DNA of 64,000 nucleotides from a virus, in the IMG/VR virus record IMGVR_UViG_3300042923_000502, positions 1 to 64,000 of that record, one strand, 5' to 3'. A program made the position numbers and the translations under genes. This document shows positions 1 to 9,357 of the stretch, in pieces (the stretch's first letter is position 1; every line of letters starts with the position of its first letter). The notes below the pieces were generated by a model, which was not told where the DNA came from, did no database searches, and worked only from the letters and a program-made list of their open reading frames with translations.

Positions 1-148
1 CTGTACGAAGGTCACGATTACCATCTTTAAGTCCACCCACTTGTGCTACCCATCCATTTTGAAGTTCAGCATTGTGAACTATGGATTCGATGTGACCATT
101 ATAAATTGATTTTACTCTGTCTAAACGAACAATTGATTTTCCTGCCAT
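1..148 (-). CDS. 5' part of a head-module structural protein (runs off the window)
   Basis: AAGGAGG RBS, ATG at 148, open to the window edge (MAGKSIVRLDRVKSIYNGHIESIV...); directly follows the protease/scaffold gene. Confidence 0.7.
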   Translation of the reverse strand, partial: MAGKSIVRLDRVKSIYNGHIESIVHNAELQNGWVAQVGGLKDGNRDLRT

Positions 149-168
149 TTCTTTTTTCCTCCTTGAAA

Positions 169-1485
169 TTAATTGATTTGTTTCTTAGCAAAGCTGCTAA
201 GAATATTGCCGTAACCGTCATCTTCTGGTTCATCTTTGTGAATAATTACTTTATTTGGCTCTTTAGTAGTAGTCTTCTTGCTAAAATTCTTCTTGCCTAC
301 TAAAGCATAAAGTTTGAATTCAATTTCCTCTAAAGTGAAATCAGATGCTTCACTTTTTACAGATTCGATATCTTCTTTAGATAATTGCTCTGAGAAGCTT
401 TCGAAAAGAGCTGCTTCCGCACTTTCTCTTTCTTCTGTAAGCTTTGACTCTTTGAATGTGCGAAGCTCAGTAACTTCATCATTTAATGATTGGAACTTTT
501 CATCAACCTCATTCTTTTCACCTTCAAGTGTATTGAATTTGGTTTGAAGTTCTTCAAACTCACCTTTAACCTTCTCTAAATCAGATTCAAGTGAAGTAAT
601 TTTATCAGTAAATTGGCTAGTTACTTCTGATTCTTTTTCTGTCTTAGCAACTTCTAAAGCAATTGAAAATACTTTTGCTTCCAAATCTTCAATAGATGTG
701 AAATCACTAACAATAATTTGAGCTTCAACGCCTTTGTCTGCTAAACCATATTTAGACAAAAACTCAAGAAGTTCTTTTTCCATATTTGCATCCTCCTTAT
801 CTTTATTTGCATCGTCCTCTTGGGACTTTTGATACCTAGAAAAAGCGACTTTTAATTCTTCCATTTTATCTTGCATTTGTACTTGGAAAGATTCTTGTGA
901 GAATGAAAATTCCTTTTCAATAGAAGCTGAATTCATGCCAGGCATTACATTTGAACCTAATATACAAGCTCCAAAGAATTTAAAGTCTGTGAAATGAAAC
1001 AATTGTGTTTCTTCATTCCAATAGCCTTGAAAGTCTTTGTGTAATTCCATACTTTGACTCTTAATAGAATCACGATCCATTATTTCAGTTGGAATGTCCC
1101 ATTTTTGCCAAAGCAAACCTTCACATGTAAGATATTCTCTTTCTATCCCATCGTCACCAACACGGAATTCAAATTTAGCATTATTATCTTCTGGAATTAC
1201 TCCATACGCTTGACCTATGTACTTTTCTTCGAACTTGCCATTCTTACGAGTAAGAATAATTCTATGATCAGAATAATCTAATTCTTCTCCATTGTTCTCA
1301 ATGAATCCAAGTATAGGCGTATTAGCCAAAGACGGAATTGCCTTTTCAACATTCTCTTTCTCAAAAGAACTTCCGTTGTAATTTTGTCCTAAATGCATTA
1401 ACCATATCTTAACACGCATAAACCTATCATCTACTTCTTGTATCTTTTGAAATATAACAGGAATATTTGTATTAACTACCTTCAT
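169..1485 (-). CDS. Prohead protease/scaffold protein (SPbeta YonD-like)
   Basis: N-terminal protease-like region (HLGQNYNGS, SQSMEL, FFGACILG..PGM) and acidic coiled-coil C-terminus; follows the portal; start chosen from the AAAGGTGGTG RBS. Confidence 0.8.
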   Translation of the reverse strand: MKVVNTNIPVIFQKIQEVDDRFMRVKIWLMHLGQNYNGSSFEKENVEKAIPSLANTPILGFIENNGEELDYSDHRIILTRKNGKFEEKYIGQAYGVIPEDNNAKFEFRVGDDGIEREYLTCEGLLWQKWDIPTEIMDRDSIKSQSMELHKDFQGYWNEETQLFHFTDFKFFGACILGSNVMPGMNSASIEKEFSFSQESFQVQMQDKMEELKVAFSRYQKSQEDDANKDKEDANMEKELLEFLSKYGLADKGVEAQIIVSDFTSIEDLEAKVFSIALEVAKTEKESEVTSQFTDKITSLESDLEKVKGEFEELQTKFNTLEGEKNEVDEKFQSLNDEVTELRTFKESKLTEERESAEAALFESFSEQLSKEDIESVKSEASDFTLEEIEFKLYALVGKKNFSKKTTTKEPNKVIIHKDEPEDDGYGNILSSFAKKQIN

Positions 1486-1513
1486 TTTCTCACCACCTTT
1501 CAAAGCCTAATAT

Positions 1514-2971
1514 TTATTTATCTCTACTCTTTGAGCCTTCATCTGTAAGCTTAGAAGCTTTCTTTGTAGGCGCTCCACCTTCATCTTCGCTTGGAAGCGT
1601 ATGAGCGGATTGTAGAGGAATAAACTTATCAACCAAACCAAGCATTTCATTCTCAAGGAATGTCATAGTAATAACCGATGTAGGAGACATGCCCAACGCA
1701 GCTAATGCTAACATCTTTGTTGGCATTCCAAACTCTGCTGCACTTTTTGCTGAATCGTGTACTTCTAAATGATTGTTCTCTGTAAGATTCGGCATAGAGA
1801 TTCTGAAATTAGCATTTTTCATGAAGAATTTAATTCTACGGTTAATCCACCTTTCAATTTGTCTCAATACCGCAAACACTATTGTTTCATCATTCTTAAT
1901 AGAAGCTTCAAGTCCTGCACTACCATTTATTCCATCAAATAACGTAACACCTGTATTGCTCCAAAACTCCGATGTTGCCTTTTGAACATTATCCGAATCA
2001 ACTGAATCTTTTTCAAAGTTGATATCCGTAATATCCATTGGAGTAGTAATTAATGCAACTTGATCAGGCAATGCTTCTGCAGCCTTATTGTGGAACATCA
2101 TCATATTATCAAAGTCAATCATGAAGTCATTATTGTCTTCACTATCTTCACGAATTGGAAGCTTTTGAATCAACACTTTATAGTTTTGAATCTCTTGCTT
2201 ATCTTTTCGCAATGCCTTGAAATCTGAAATATCAAACAATCCTTCGAATACAGATGCAAACGGTGGCAAGTTGTAATCTAAGTCTTCATTTATCTTTATA
2301 CAAATGGTCTTAGTCGAATCTAACTCTTGCCATCTTAAAGCGCTATCGTTAAGATACTTATTGTACTTAGATTTAAACTCTTTTGGGAATGTTTCAAGCT
2401 TCTCTAAGTTATTTGCAAAATATGAAAAATCATATGCAAAATTGAAACATCCATCTTCAATACTTGAAATCATACAATAATCTGGATTTAACTTCTGAAT
2501 GAAATATGTATCATTAGCATAATGTTCATATCCAAAGAAAACGTCTTCACGAAAAGCTATATTTAATATCTTAGAAAATTCATGCTTTATATTCATAGTA
2601 TCTAAGAAATTCAATATCTTAAAGTATTGCGATAACAATGTTTTCTTATTTACCTTTGATGGATCAATGTTGTATGGTTCAACAACATAATCCAATCTCA
2701 ACATTCCAGAGAAGTATTGAACAAGTCTTTTATACAAAGTGCTCTTACCATAAAGTGTGATACTAATGTCGCGCAATTGCTTTTCATTCTTGGATGGATT
2801 TTCCATGAATGAATTTACCTGTTCTCTAGTATAATTTCTAAGCATTTTATTGTCTGTCTTTAACTTCTTTAAATCTTTTAATTTTAATTGATTAAATGCT
2901 GCGAAGTTAAGGATCATAGCGCTTTTTCTACCTTGTGAATCAGTTATTTCTCCTACAATATTTTCGCTCAA
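1514..2971 (-). CDS. Portal protein (YonE-like)
   Basis: 485 aa between terminase and protease; C-terminal PLQSAHT...GGAP motif typical of this portal group. Confidence 0.8.
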   Translation of the reverse strand: MSENIVGEITDSQGRKSAMILNFAAFNQLKLKDLKKLKTDNKMLRNYTREQVNSFMENPSKNEKQLRDISITLYGKSTLYKRLVQYFSGMLRLDYVVEPYNIDPSKVNKKTLLSQYFKILNFLDTMNIKHEFSKILNIAFREDVFFGYEHYANDTYFIQKLNPDYCMISSIEDGCFNFAYDFSYFANNLEKLETFPKEFKSKYNKYLNDSALRWQELDSTKTICIKINEDLDYNLPPFASVFEGLFDISDFKALRKDKQEIQNYKVLIQKLPIREDSEDNNDFMIDFDNMMMFHNKAAEALPDQVALITTPMDITDINFEKDSVDSDNVQKATSEFWSNTGVTLFDGINGSAGLEASIKNDETIVFAVLRQIERWINRRIKFFMKNANFRISMPNLTENNHLEVHDSAKSAAEFGMPTKMLALAALGMSPTSVITMTFLENEMLGLVDKFIPLQSAHTLPSEDEGGAPTKKASKLTDEGSKSRDK

Positions 2972-2986
2972 TTTGCATCACCTCTC

Positions 2987-4747
2987 TTATCTTTGATATC
3001 TTGTCTTTGGAACTTTTACCGCAAAGAATTGCGATACGTCCACTTTCTCTTTTTTGCGTCTTTGATTTTTCATTTCAAGTGTATAAATATAATAAAGTCC
3101 GTATTGAAATGCTGAGAACTTATCCTTATTTATTGATCTTGAAATTTGTTTTATCTTAGTCTTGTTACCCTCTTGTTTGTGTTCAAGATTCATTATCTCT
3201 TCGCAAAGAAGATCACACATAACATATGGTAACAATTCGCGGCTAATCTCTTCTGTGTTAGATTCTTTACCGCTTCTCTTTCCCTTTACCTTAGCGGTTA
3301 CATCTGCTTTAGCTTCCGATTCTGATCTAAGTATCTTCACCTTTTTATTGGTAATCATATTGATAAATACGTTATGAATGTCGCTTGCGCTATTTTCTTT
3401 TGTATTTGAACTTAATGCATATACCATTGGAATACTATTTTCGGTTTTGTACTTGTCGAATCTATCATCATTAACAACTGAGTAAGATGGATTTTCATCA
3501 CATTCTGTAACAAGTATATCAACTAATCCCTTACCCGGACCATTACTGTCAACAATTAACATACTTGCCTTAAATTCATTAACTTTCTTCTTTAAGAAAA
3601 TAGCTTGACTCAAGAAGTGTGTTCCTTCAAAGCTATACAAGTTAACCAAATGTTTTTGATATGTTCCATCACCGCGAGGTATGATCTTGATGACTACCAA
3701 TGCACAGTTAGCGTTTTGCGACCCTTCTGAACGAGCTACGTCATACGCTAAGATATACTCTACATTCTTTTCTCCACTATGCTTGTGTTCCGCTTTAGAA
3801 ATTGTACGACACTCTTGCAAGTCTTCCAATTGAACCAACGAGTTATCACTTGTTCCAGTCCAAATTGATTCATACTCTCTTGCGAATGACAATGGATTGA
3901 ATGTTGGGCGATTTTTCAAATCATTGATGAACGTTTCACTCAATTGTCCATGCATACATGCTAATTCAAAACCAGCACCTAAATTGAAAGCGCTTTTACC
4001 TTGTGCCATCTCTCCTAAGACTTCTTTCATTTTTTCAAATGCAAAGCTTTGTCTTGTTCCAGATGTTGTAATATACCACTCAAATTTATGTATTTCATTT
4101 TCATCACGCTTACCTTGGAATGAACTTAATCTGTCGTTAGCCATACGAGGAATAATAGCTTCATTCAAGATATCTTTTTTCATCTTGTCATCTACAATCT
4201 CTTCTATAGCTCCACCATTATTACGTCCACCACGCGCACGTTCTGAAACAGGTACAACTTCAAGTGTTGATCCATTGTGAAACCTAAGTTCCGTATAATC
4301 ACTTTGAAACCACTTTTCCTTAATTTCATCTTTAAGAATAGGGAAGAAGCTCCAAATTTTTTCAATATTTGCTTGACTAATATCAGCGGCTTGTGCTTTA
4401 CCAGGTGCGCAGATGAACAATTCTGTACCAGGATACATAATACATTTAAGATACAATGCTAATATTTGTGTAAATGACTTTGCTGTACCACGCGTAAATG
4501 TGAAGAACACTTTTTGATATCTAAATAATACTCTAAGCATTATTCTTTGATAAAAATATAAGTCAATCTTACAATCCGCTGGTCTTATAAAATCAATAAA
4601 TCTATCTGGATAAAGTCTCCAATACTCGCAATATTTTCTCCAATCAACTTTAGTTTCTTTGAAGGATTTTACATTTGCTATTTTCTTGGTGACATCTCTA
4701 TCAAGACCATCATCTGGACGTTTATAATTTAATCCCTTTACCGTCAT
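2987..4747 (-). CDS. terL: Terminase large subunit
   Basis: Walker A-like RGTAKS, Walker B-like AIEE, TTSG coupling motif, nuclease acidic residues AYDVAR / IVDSNG / KDKFSA. Confidence 0.92.
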   Translation of the reverse strand: MTVKGLNYKRPDDGLDRDVTKKIANVKSFKETKVDWRKYCEYWRLYPDRFIDFIRPADCKIDLYFYQRIMLRVLFRYQKVFFTFTRGTAKSFTQILALYLKCIMYPGTELFICAPGKAQAADISQANIEKIWSFFPILKDEIKEKWFQSDYTELRFHNGSTLEVVPVSERARGGRNNGGAIEEIVDDKMKKDILNEAIIPRMANDRLSSFQGKRDENEIHKFEWYITTSGTRQSFAFEKMKEVLGEMAQGKSAFNLGAGFELACMHGQLSETFINDLKNRPTFNPLSFAREYESIWTGTSDNSLVQLEDLQECRTISKAEHKHSGEKNVEYILAYDVARSEGSQNANCALVVIKIIPRGDGTYQKHLVNLYSFEGTHFLSQAIFLKKKVNEFKASMLIVDSNGPGKGLVDILVTECDENPSYSVVNDDRFDKYKTENSIPMVYALSSNTKENSASDIHNVFINMITNKKVKILRSESEAKADVTAKVKGKRSGKESNTEEISRELLPYVMCDLLCEEIMNLEHKQEGNKTKIKQISRSINKDKFSAFQYGLYYIYTLEMKNQRRKKEKVDVSQFFAVKVPKTRYQR

Positions 4748-5610
4748 TCTTCTTCCTCTCCTTCATAACCCTCATAAGGAGCGTCATCTGGAGGCTCTAT
4801 TAACGATTCCATATGTAGCAATTTACGCTGATAATTCAACATATAAACAATTGTCTTATCTACTATGTCTTGCGGAAATTGCAATGGATCAGGAGTTATA
4901 AATCCGTCTCTCTCAACTTCTTCAAATATAACAGAAAAGCTTCTTATTCCAGCAGATTCACTACCTGACTTTCTGTCAATTGGTCTAAATCCTGAATTCT
5001 TCTGGATTTCTGTGAATTGCTTATTAAGTGCTTCAAACGTCTTAATGTCATTTTCCTCTAATGCTCTATCAATTAAAACTGATAGTTTGCAATAGTTTTT
5101 CAATTGCTGCTTATGCTGTGGTGTTGAAATGTCATTTGCTCTATCCATTTCTTCCCAAAGCTTCTCTAATTCATAATACTCCTTGTTAGAGAAGTTTGTT
5201 CCCCATTTACGCAACACATCAATTGTAGGCTTTTCGAAAATGTCATCTTCTGTAAGTTGATCATTATCATATTTGTATTGTCTACTGTCTATCTTTTCAT
5301 CTGTGTCTCTACTATCATTAAAACCTAATTTATTGTGTTGAGTAAGACCAGATATCTTTCTTAGATACCACCCAAAAGGCTCTCTACCAGAATTTAAACA
5401 TGATTGCCATTCTTTGGCTATGTATGGTCTATCAATTCTACTAAGCATCCTCTTAACTGAATCAACATCTGTTACATCAACACTAGCTTTGATACAAGAC
5501 TTGCAAATTGTCACTCTTCCGTCCGCAAACATTGGACTATTTGAAGCGTAAAAATTTGAAGAAGTAGCTTTCACTTTCTTGCATTCGACGCATTTCTTTC
5601 TATCCGACAT
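4744..5610 (-). CDS. Putative terminase small subunit with N-terminal Zn finger (YonG-like)
   Basis: CxxC...CxxC; overlaps the terL start by 4 nt; position. Confidence 0.6.
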   Translation of the reverse strand: MSDRKKCVECKKVKATSSNFYASNSPMFADGRVTICKSCIKASVDVTDVDSVKRMLSRIDRPYIAKEWQSCLNSGREPFGWYLRKISGLTQHNKLGFNDSRDTDEKIDSRQYKYDNDQLTEDDIFEKPTIDVLRKWGTNFSNKEYYELEKLWEEMDRANDISTPQHKQQLKNYCKLSVLIDRALEENDIKTFEALNKQFTEIQKNSGFRPIDRKSGSESAGIRSFSVIFEEVERDGFITPDPLQFPQDIVDKTIVYMLNYQRKLLHMESLIEPPDDAPYEGYEGEEEE

Positions 5611-5631
5611 AAAATTCTCTCCTTATTATCT

Positions 5632-5689
5632 ATGAAAAGAACTTTATAAAGAGCCTAAATATTTTAGACTCTATGAAAAGCTCTTTTCA
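5632..5689. other. Intergenic imperfect hairpin
   Basis: ATGAAAAGA..AGAG.CTAAA / TTTAG.CTCT..CTTTTCAT inverted repeat. Confidence 0.45.
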
Positions 5690-5692
5690 TTT

Positions 5693-5917
5693 CTATAATA
5701 GATTTCTCATATAATTTATTGTTAAAATATCATTCTCAATTCTTTCTTCCAAGGCTGATGAAAAACCGTGAATGTAACCTTCATTAAATAAGAATAATAA
5801 AATTTCTTCAACATCTTCGTCAGTTTGAGCGTTATAAATTTCATCTAAATAACGACTGACTTTTTCTTGAATAGTTTCTTCCACATTTATCATCTCCTTA
5901 TACAACCTGTAAATCAA
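5693..5917 (-). CDS. Hypothetical acidic protein
   Basis: ORF in operon context; true start may be slightly downstream. Confidence 0.6.
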   Translation of the reverse strand: MIYRLYKEMINVEETIQEKVSRYLDEIYNAQTDEDVEEILLFLFNEGYIHGFSSALEERIENDILTINYMRNLL

Positions 5918-7160
5918 TTCTTAATGGAATCATTTCTCCATCTTCTCTCACAATTAACATCATTTGAGAAGCATTTGTAGCCGCTGAAAAGTGTTTTCCG
6001 TAATCGTTTCTACCTGACATACATCCAACACCAATTGCCAATCTACCATGATCAGAGTCTTCAACATGATAGTGATGCAAGTGACCATATACAAGACAAT
6101 CAAAGAAGTCATTTTGCATTGAAATGTAACCCTTCATCTTGTCTTTCTTATTACCATTATCTAAATGACCATGAACCAATTTGATTTTTCTTCCATTTGT
6201 TTCAATGTTCATTTCGGTTGCTCCGTCTTCAATGTCAATAAACTTCAATTTGTTGGGTTTGTCGATGAATTGAATAGCGGTTTTAATATTGTAATTGATA
6301 ATAACATTTGCATTGTCTTCATCAAAGTTAACATCTTTGTCTCCTTGTAATCTATCATGATTACCAGCAATACCACAATACTCAACTTGAACCTTATCAG
6401 ATAATGTGATTAAGAATTCAATAATTAATTCGCTTGCTTTGAGAATTTGTTGAGCTAAACCAAATTCGGCATGTCTACTTTGCTTTGCTCTCATGTAAAG
6501 ATGCTCTACAAAGTCTCCTAAACCTGCAACAAATACTTTGCTAATATTAAATGCTTTGCAATGAGAAATAATTTTTTGTGCATACGCTCTCATTCTTTTT
6601 TGAGCGATTTCGTAATTATAACTATTGCCATACACATTATTAATAACTTCTCCAATATGAAGATCAGTAAGAGTAACAATAGCACTATTCTTGTAGCTAG
6701 TGTAGTAAGTATTGCTATTTTGAGGAAGTTCAATTTTGAAATTCTTGAACTCTTTAACAATTTCTTCTGCTACTACCTTACTAAGATGAAAATCTCTTTT
6801 AAACTTATTAATTTCCGCTAAGACAAGTTGATTATCTCTTTTCTCGGAATACAATTCACCAAGCAGATTGTTTAATGATTCTAACTTGTTAGTTTTAACC
6901 ATATCCACGTGCTTAGATAAAGGTGTAAGTAAACCAATTTGTTTTTGATAATCTTTAACCAAGATGCGATATCCTTCATTAGTATCAGAGTTTTCAAATC
7001 CTTCTTCCTCCATCATTTTCTTGTGTCTTTTCCAGTCACACCGTAAGGAAGGAGACATTTTTTGAAGTTCAATCTTCAATGTTACCGCTTTTTCAAGATG
7101 ATCTTGAGTAACTTCAACGATAAGTCCCTCTCTGTTGGTGTAGAATCTATTTTTACTCAT
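5898..7160 (-). CDS. Calcineurin-like metallophosphoesterase (YonJ-like)
   Basis: Motifs TDLHIG, GLGDFVE, GNHD, HGH, GHLHH. Confidence 0.88.
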   Translation of the reverse strand: MSKNRFYTNREGLIVEVTQDHLEKAVTLKIELQKMSPSLRCDWKRHKKMMEEEGFENSDTNEGYRILVKDYQKQIGLLTPLSKHVDMVKTNKLESLNNLLGELYSEKRDNQLVLAEINKFKRDFHLSKVVAEEIVKEFKNFKIELPQNSNTYYTSYKNSAIVTLTDLHIGEVINNVYGNSYNYEIAQKRMRAYAQKIISHCKAFNISKVFVAGLGDFVEHLYMRAKQSRHAEFGLAQQILKASELIIEFLITLSDKVQVEYCGIAGNHDRLQGDKDVNFDEDNANVIINYNIKTAIQFIDKPNKLKFIDIEDGATEMNIETNGRKIKLVHGHLDNGNKKDKMKGYISMQNDFFDCLVYGHLHHYHVEDSDHGRLAIGVGCMSGRNDYGKHFSAATNASQMMLIVREDGEMIPLRIDLQVV

Positions 7161-7171
7161 TACACCAACTC

Positions 7172-7390
7172 CTATTCTTCGTCATCAACTTCAATGTTTT
7201 CTTCTGCTTGTTGAACGATATCTTCCTCTTTTATTGAAAATGTAACACTCTTTCCAATAAACTCTTCCATCAAATCAATCAAATTGTAAAACTCGCTAGG
7301 TTCATCTTTCTTACCAAGGACTTCTAAAATAAAATCTTCATGAAGTATACCTTTACCAGCGATTGAATGCATTCTCTTCATCTTATTCAC
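7172..7390 (-). CDS. YonK-like small protein
   Basis: 72 aa; KG.L...YNL.DL..EF.GK.V.FSIKEE pattern; upstream of the phosphoesterase as in SPbeta. Confidence 0.6.
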   Translation of the reverse strand: MNKMKRMHSIAGKGILHEDFILEVLGKKDEPSEFYNLIDLMEEFIGKSVTFSIKEEDIVQQAEENIEVDDEE

Positions 7391-7449
7391 CTTTTCCTCA
7401 TTATAAATTTTTACTCTATGTATTCCTCAGAGTGCCTGAATGCACTTAA

Positions 7450-7508
7450 AGACTAAGAAATAAACCTTCCACTTAGGGAGTAGTGGTGAAAGGCTTATTT
7501 CTTAGTCT
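7450..7508 (-). other. Long 5' leader hairpin of the morphogenesis operon
   Basis: AGACTAAGAAATA / TATTTCTTAGTCT 13-bp stem with inner CCACT/AGTGG helix, just downstream of the promoter at 7533-7561. Confidence 0.55.
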
Positions 7509-7532
7509 GTCTTCTTCCCTCATTACAATCAT

Positions 7533-7561
7533 ATTATACCATTTTATCTTACACTTGTCAA
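7533..7561 (-). promoter_or_regulatory. sigma-A-type promoter with AGATAAAA spacer motif
   Basis: TTGACA-agtgtaagataaaatgg-TATAAT, 17-bp spacer. Confidence 0.85.
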
Positions 7562-7616
7562 GTGTTTTGTAATCCCTTACAATAGTTGGTATTTGAATGT
7601 GTGATAAAAATTAATA

Positions 7617-7688
7617 CGGTTCTAGGGAGAATCGAACTCCCGTTTTTGCGCTGACAACGCATCGTAATAACCACTATACGATAGAACC
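7617..7688 (-). tRNA. tRNA-Asp(GTC)
   Basis: Cloverleaf, loop TTGTCAG, T-loop TTCGATT. Confidence 0.9.
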
Positions 7689-7693
7689 ATATA

Positions 7694-7765
7694 CGCGCCT
7701 ACCAAGAATCGAACTTGGAACGAGAGGTTAGAAATCTCTTATGATATCCTTTTCACCATAGACGC
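7694..7765 (-). tRNA. tRNA-Arg(TCT)
   Basis: Cloverleaf, loop TTTCTAA. Confidence 0.85.
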
Positions 7766-7770
7766 ATGTA

Positions 7771-7845
7771 TACGTAGTGTGAGAATCGAACTCAACCAAT
7801 AGTGGCATATAAGACCACCTCCACCCACCAGATGGAATACTACGC
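7771..7845 (-). tRNA. tRNA-Ile(TAT)
   Basis: GTGGT-CTTATAT-GCCAC anticodon arm; acceptor GCGTAGT/ACTACGT. Confidence 0.8.
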
Positions 7846-7855
7846 ATATTTAAAA

Positions 7856-7927
7856 TGGACTCTAGTGGTAACGCACCACTCTCTATACCGTTTCAAGGTA
7901 TCGCTAATCTATCTCAGCTAAGAGTCC
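7856..7927 (-). tRNA. tRNA-Phe(GAA), atypical T-loop
   Basis: ATACC-TTGAAAC-GGTAT; T-loop TGCGTTA. Confidence 0.75.
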
Positions 7928-7933
7928 ATAGGA

Positions 7934-8015
7934 TGGGTAAGGTGGGATTCGAACCCACTCAGCCGAAGCACTAGATTTACAGTCTAGCATAACTCTCCAA
8001 CGTTACCGCTCACCC
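7934..8015 (-). tRNA. tRNA-Tyr(GTA)
   Basis: CTAGA-CTGTAAA-TCTAG, long variable arm. Confidence 0.9.
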
Positions 8016-8041
8016 ATAATAGCTGAACAAGTCAGCTAAAA

Positions 8042-8326
8042 TTATTTCCAATAATATGTTTTGTACCAATACCGCATTGCATCGTGAAAAGACTTGTCTT
8101 TTATCCAAAACCAACGATGTGCATCATATCTATGTTCCCATCGTCTAATGAAAGCTCTTTTACTCCATCCAGAACTCCAATCACATATATCCCATTGTGG
8201 ATAAAACTTTTTGTATGACCCACCATTTGGAACATCTTTACTTCTTCTTACTTTGTGATTAGCATTCTTCTTTTCACCTTTATTATGATCTTTGATAATA
8301 GGTGTCTTCTTGAAACTTCTACTCAT
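8042..8326 (-). CDS. Small basic, aromatic-rich hypothetical protein
   Basis: AAAGGAG RBS, 94 aa MSRSFKKTP... Confidence 0.8.
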   Translation of the reverse strand: MSRSFKKTPIIKDHNKGEKKNANHKVRRSKDVPNGGSYKKFYPQWDICDWSSGWSKRAFIRRWEHRYDAHRWFWIKDKSFHDAMRYWYKTYYWK

Positions 8327-8401
8327 ATTCTACAACTCCTTTCGGTAATTATAGAACGTTAAATGAAACTTTCATTTCCTCACCTCTTTGACTATACAAG
8401 T

Positions 8402-8430
8402 ATTATATCATTTTATATCTCATTTGTCAA
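8402..8430 (-). promoter_or_regulatory. sigma-A-type promoter (family member)
   Basis: TTGACA-17-TATAAT with ATAAAATG spacer end. Confidence 0.8.
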
Positions 8431-8449
8431 GAATTTTCTTTAATAAAAA

Positions 8450-8520
8450 TAGGGCTACTTGGATTTGAACCAAGGATGATGGATTAAAAATCCACTGTGT
8501 TACCTCTACACCATAACCCC
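8450..8520 (-). tRNA. tRNA-Lys(TTT)
   Basis: GTGGA-TTTTTAA-TCCAT; T arm CTTGG-TTCAAAT-CCAAG. Confidence 0.8.
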
Positions 8521-8586
8521 AAACTTTCAGCTACTCAACGGAGAGCCACTCCGATCCTTTTTTGAGGTTAAGTATTAACTCAATAT

Positions 8587-8693
8587 AGAGTCTTTCAGGA
8601 CTTAAACCTGAACTACGTCCCTTCAACCTGTTGCAAGCATATGCAGAGCAGTTACTTTTGGGGTACATGTGCTACACTTAACACTAAAGACTC
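8587..8693 (-). ncRNA. tRNA-like RNA with a greatly enlarged anticodon arm
   Basis: Acceptor GAGTCTT/AAGACTC, D arm GTGT/GCAC, T arm TCAGG-TTTAAGT-CCTGA; about 55 nt structured insert in place of the anticodon arm. Confidence 0.65.
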
Positions 8694-8694
8694 A

Positions 8695-8769
8695 TGGCAG
8701 AGGAATACGGACTTGAACCGTAACAATCTCCTTCAAAGGGAGATATGCTAACCATTACATCATTCCCCG
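8695..8769 (-). tRNA. tRNA-Gln(TTG), encoded CCA
   Basis: TCTCC-CTTTGAA-GGAGA; ends GCCA. Confidence 0.88.
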
Positions 8770-8770
8770 A

Positions 8771-8849
8771 TGGCTCAGACTATTGGACTTGCACCAATGA
8801 CACCTCTCGAAAAAGAGAGATAAGCTTTAGCTAGTTAAGCTAAGTCTGA
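8771..8849 (-). ncRNA. tRNA-like RNA with 8-bp anticodon stem and 6-nt loop, encoded CCA
   Basis: TCAGACT/AGTCTGA-G-CCA; TATCTCTC-TTTTTC-GAGAGGTG; T-loop TGCAAGT. Confidence 0.65.
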
Positions 8850-8853
8850 AAAG

Positions 8854-8925
8854 CTTACTCGACGGTAATCGAAACCGCGACCACCAATTTAACAGATTGG
8901 CGCTCTGCCACTGAGCTACGAGCAA
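8854..8925 (-). tRNA. tRNA-Asn(GTT)
   Basis: CCAAT-CTGTTAA-ATTGG, canonical class I. Confidence 0.9.
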
Positions 8926-8936
8926 GATAATAAAAA

Positions 8937-9019
8937 CAGGCTAAAGAGGGTTCGAACCTCTACGGAATTTCACCACATGGGTAACAACCATGCGCGTCTA
9001 CCAGTTTCGCCACTAGCCT
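8937..9019 (-). tRNA. tRNA with GTT (Asn) anticodon on a Leu-like class II body
   Basis: D arm GCG-AAACTGGTAGA-CGC, CATGG-TTGTTAC-CCATG, 14-nt variable region, G73. Confidence 0.75.
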
Positions 9020-9027
9020 AAAATATA

Positions 9028-9114
9028 AGGAGAATGTGGGATTCGAACCCACGGTTCCCCTAAAGGAACTACGGTTTTCAAGACCGTTGCAATCGTCCAC
9101 TCTGCCAACTCTCC
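9028..9114 (-). tRNA. tRNA-Ser(TGA)
   Basis: ACGGT-CTTGAAA-ACCGT, long variable arm. Confidence 0.92.
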
Positions 9115-9119
9115 ATATT

Positions 9120-9254
9120 TTATTCAAGACAATCTTTTACAATCTCATGTTTCTCTTCGCATCTTGTGCAAAAATAGTAATAATAAGCATCTGTATCAAT
9201 ATAAGTTGGAACTCCTAAAGAAGACATTTCAGATTTGCAATTTGGACACTCCAT
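9120..9254 (-). CDS. 44-aa Zn-ribbon microprotein (below the ORF track cutoff)
   Basis: GGAGG RBS; MECPNCKSEM...YFCTRCEEK. Confidence 0.7.
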   Translation of the reverse strand: MECPNCKSEMSSLGVPTYIDTDAYYYYFCTRCEEKHEIVKDCLE

Positions 9255-9278
9255 TAAAGTCCTCCATTGTAAAAGATA

Positions 9279-9349
9279 AGCGGTCTACGGGAATCGAACC
9301 CGTTTCTGTGGATTGGAAATCCACGACACAACCAATATACCAAGACCGC
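9279..9349 (-). tRNA. tRNA-Gly(TCC)
   Basis: GTGGA-TTTCCAA-TCCAC, U73. Confidence 0.88.
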
Positions 9350-9357
9350 AAAACTAC

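Noticed and set aside
7694-7765. Reading the tRNA as an amber suppressor (CTA)
   Set aside because: D-arm and T-arm spacing fix the loop as TTTCTAA, giving TCT (Arg).
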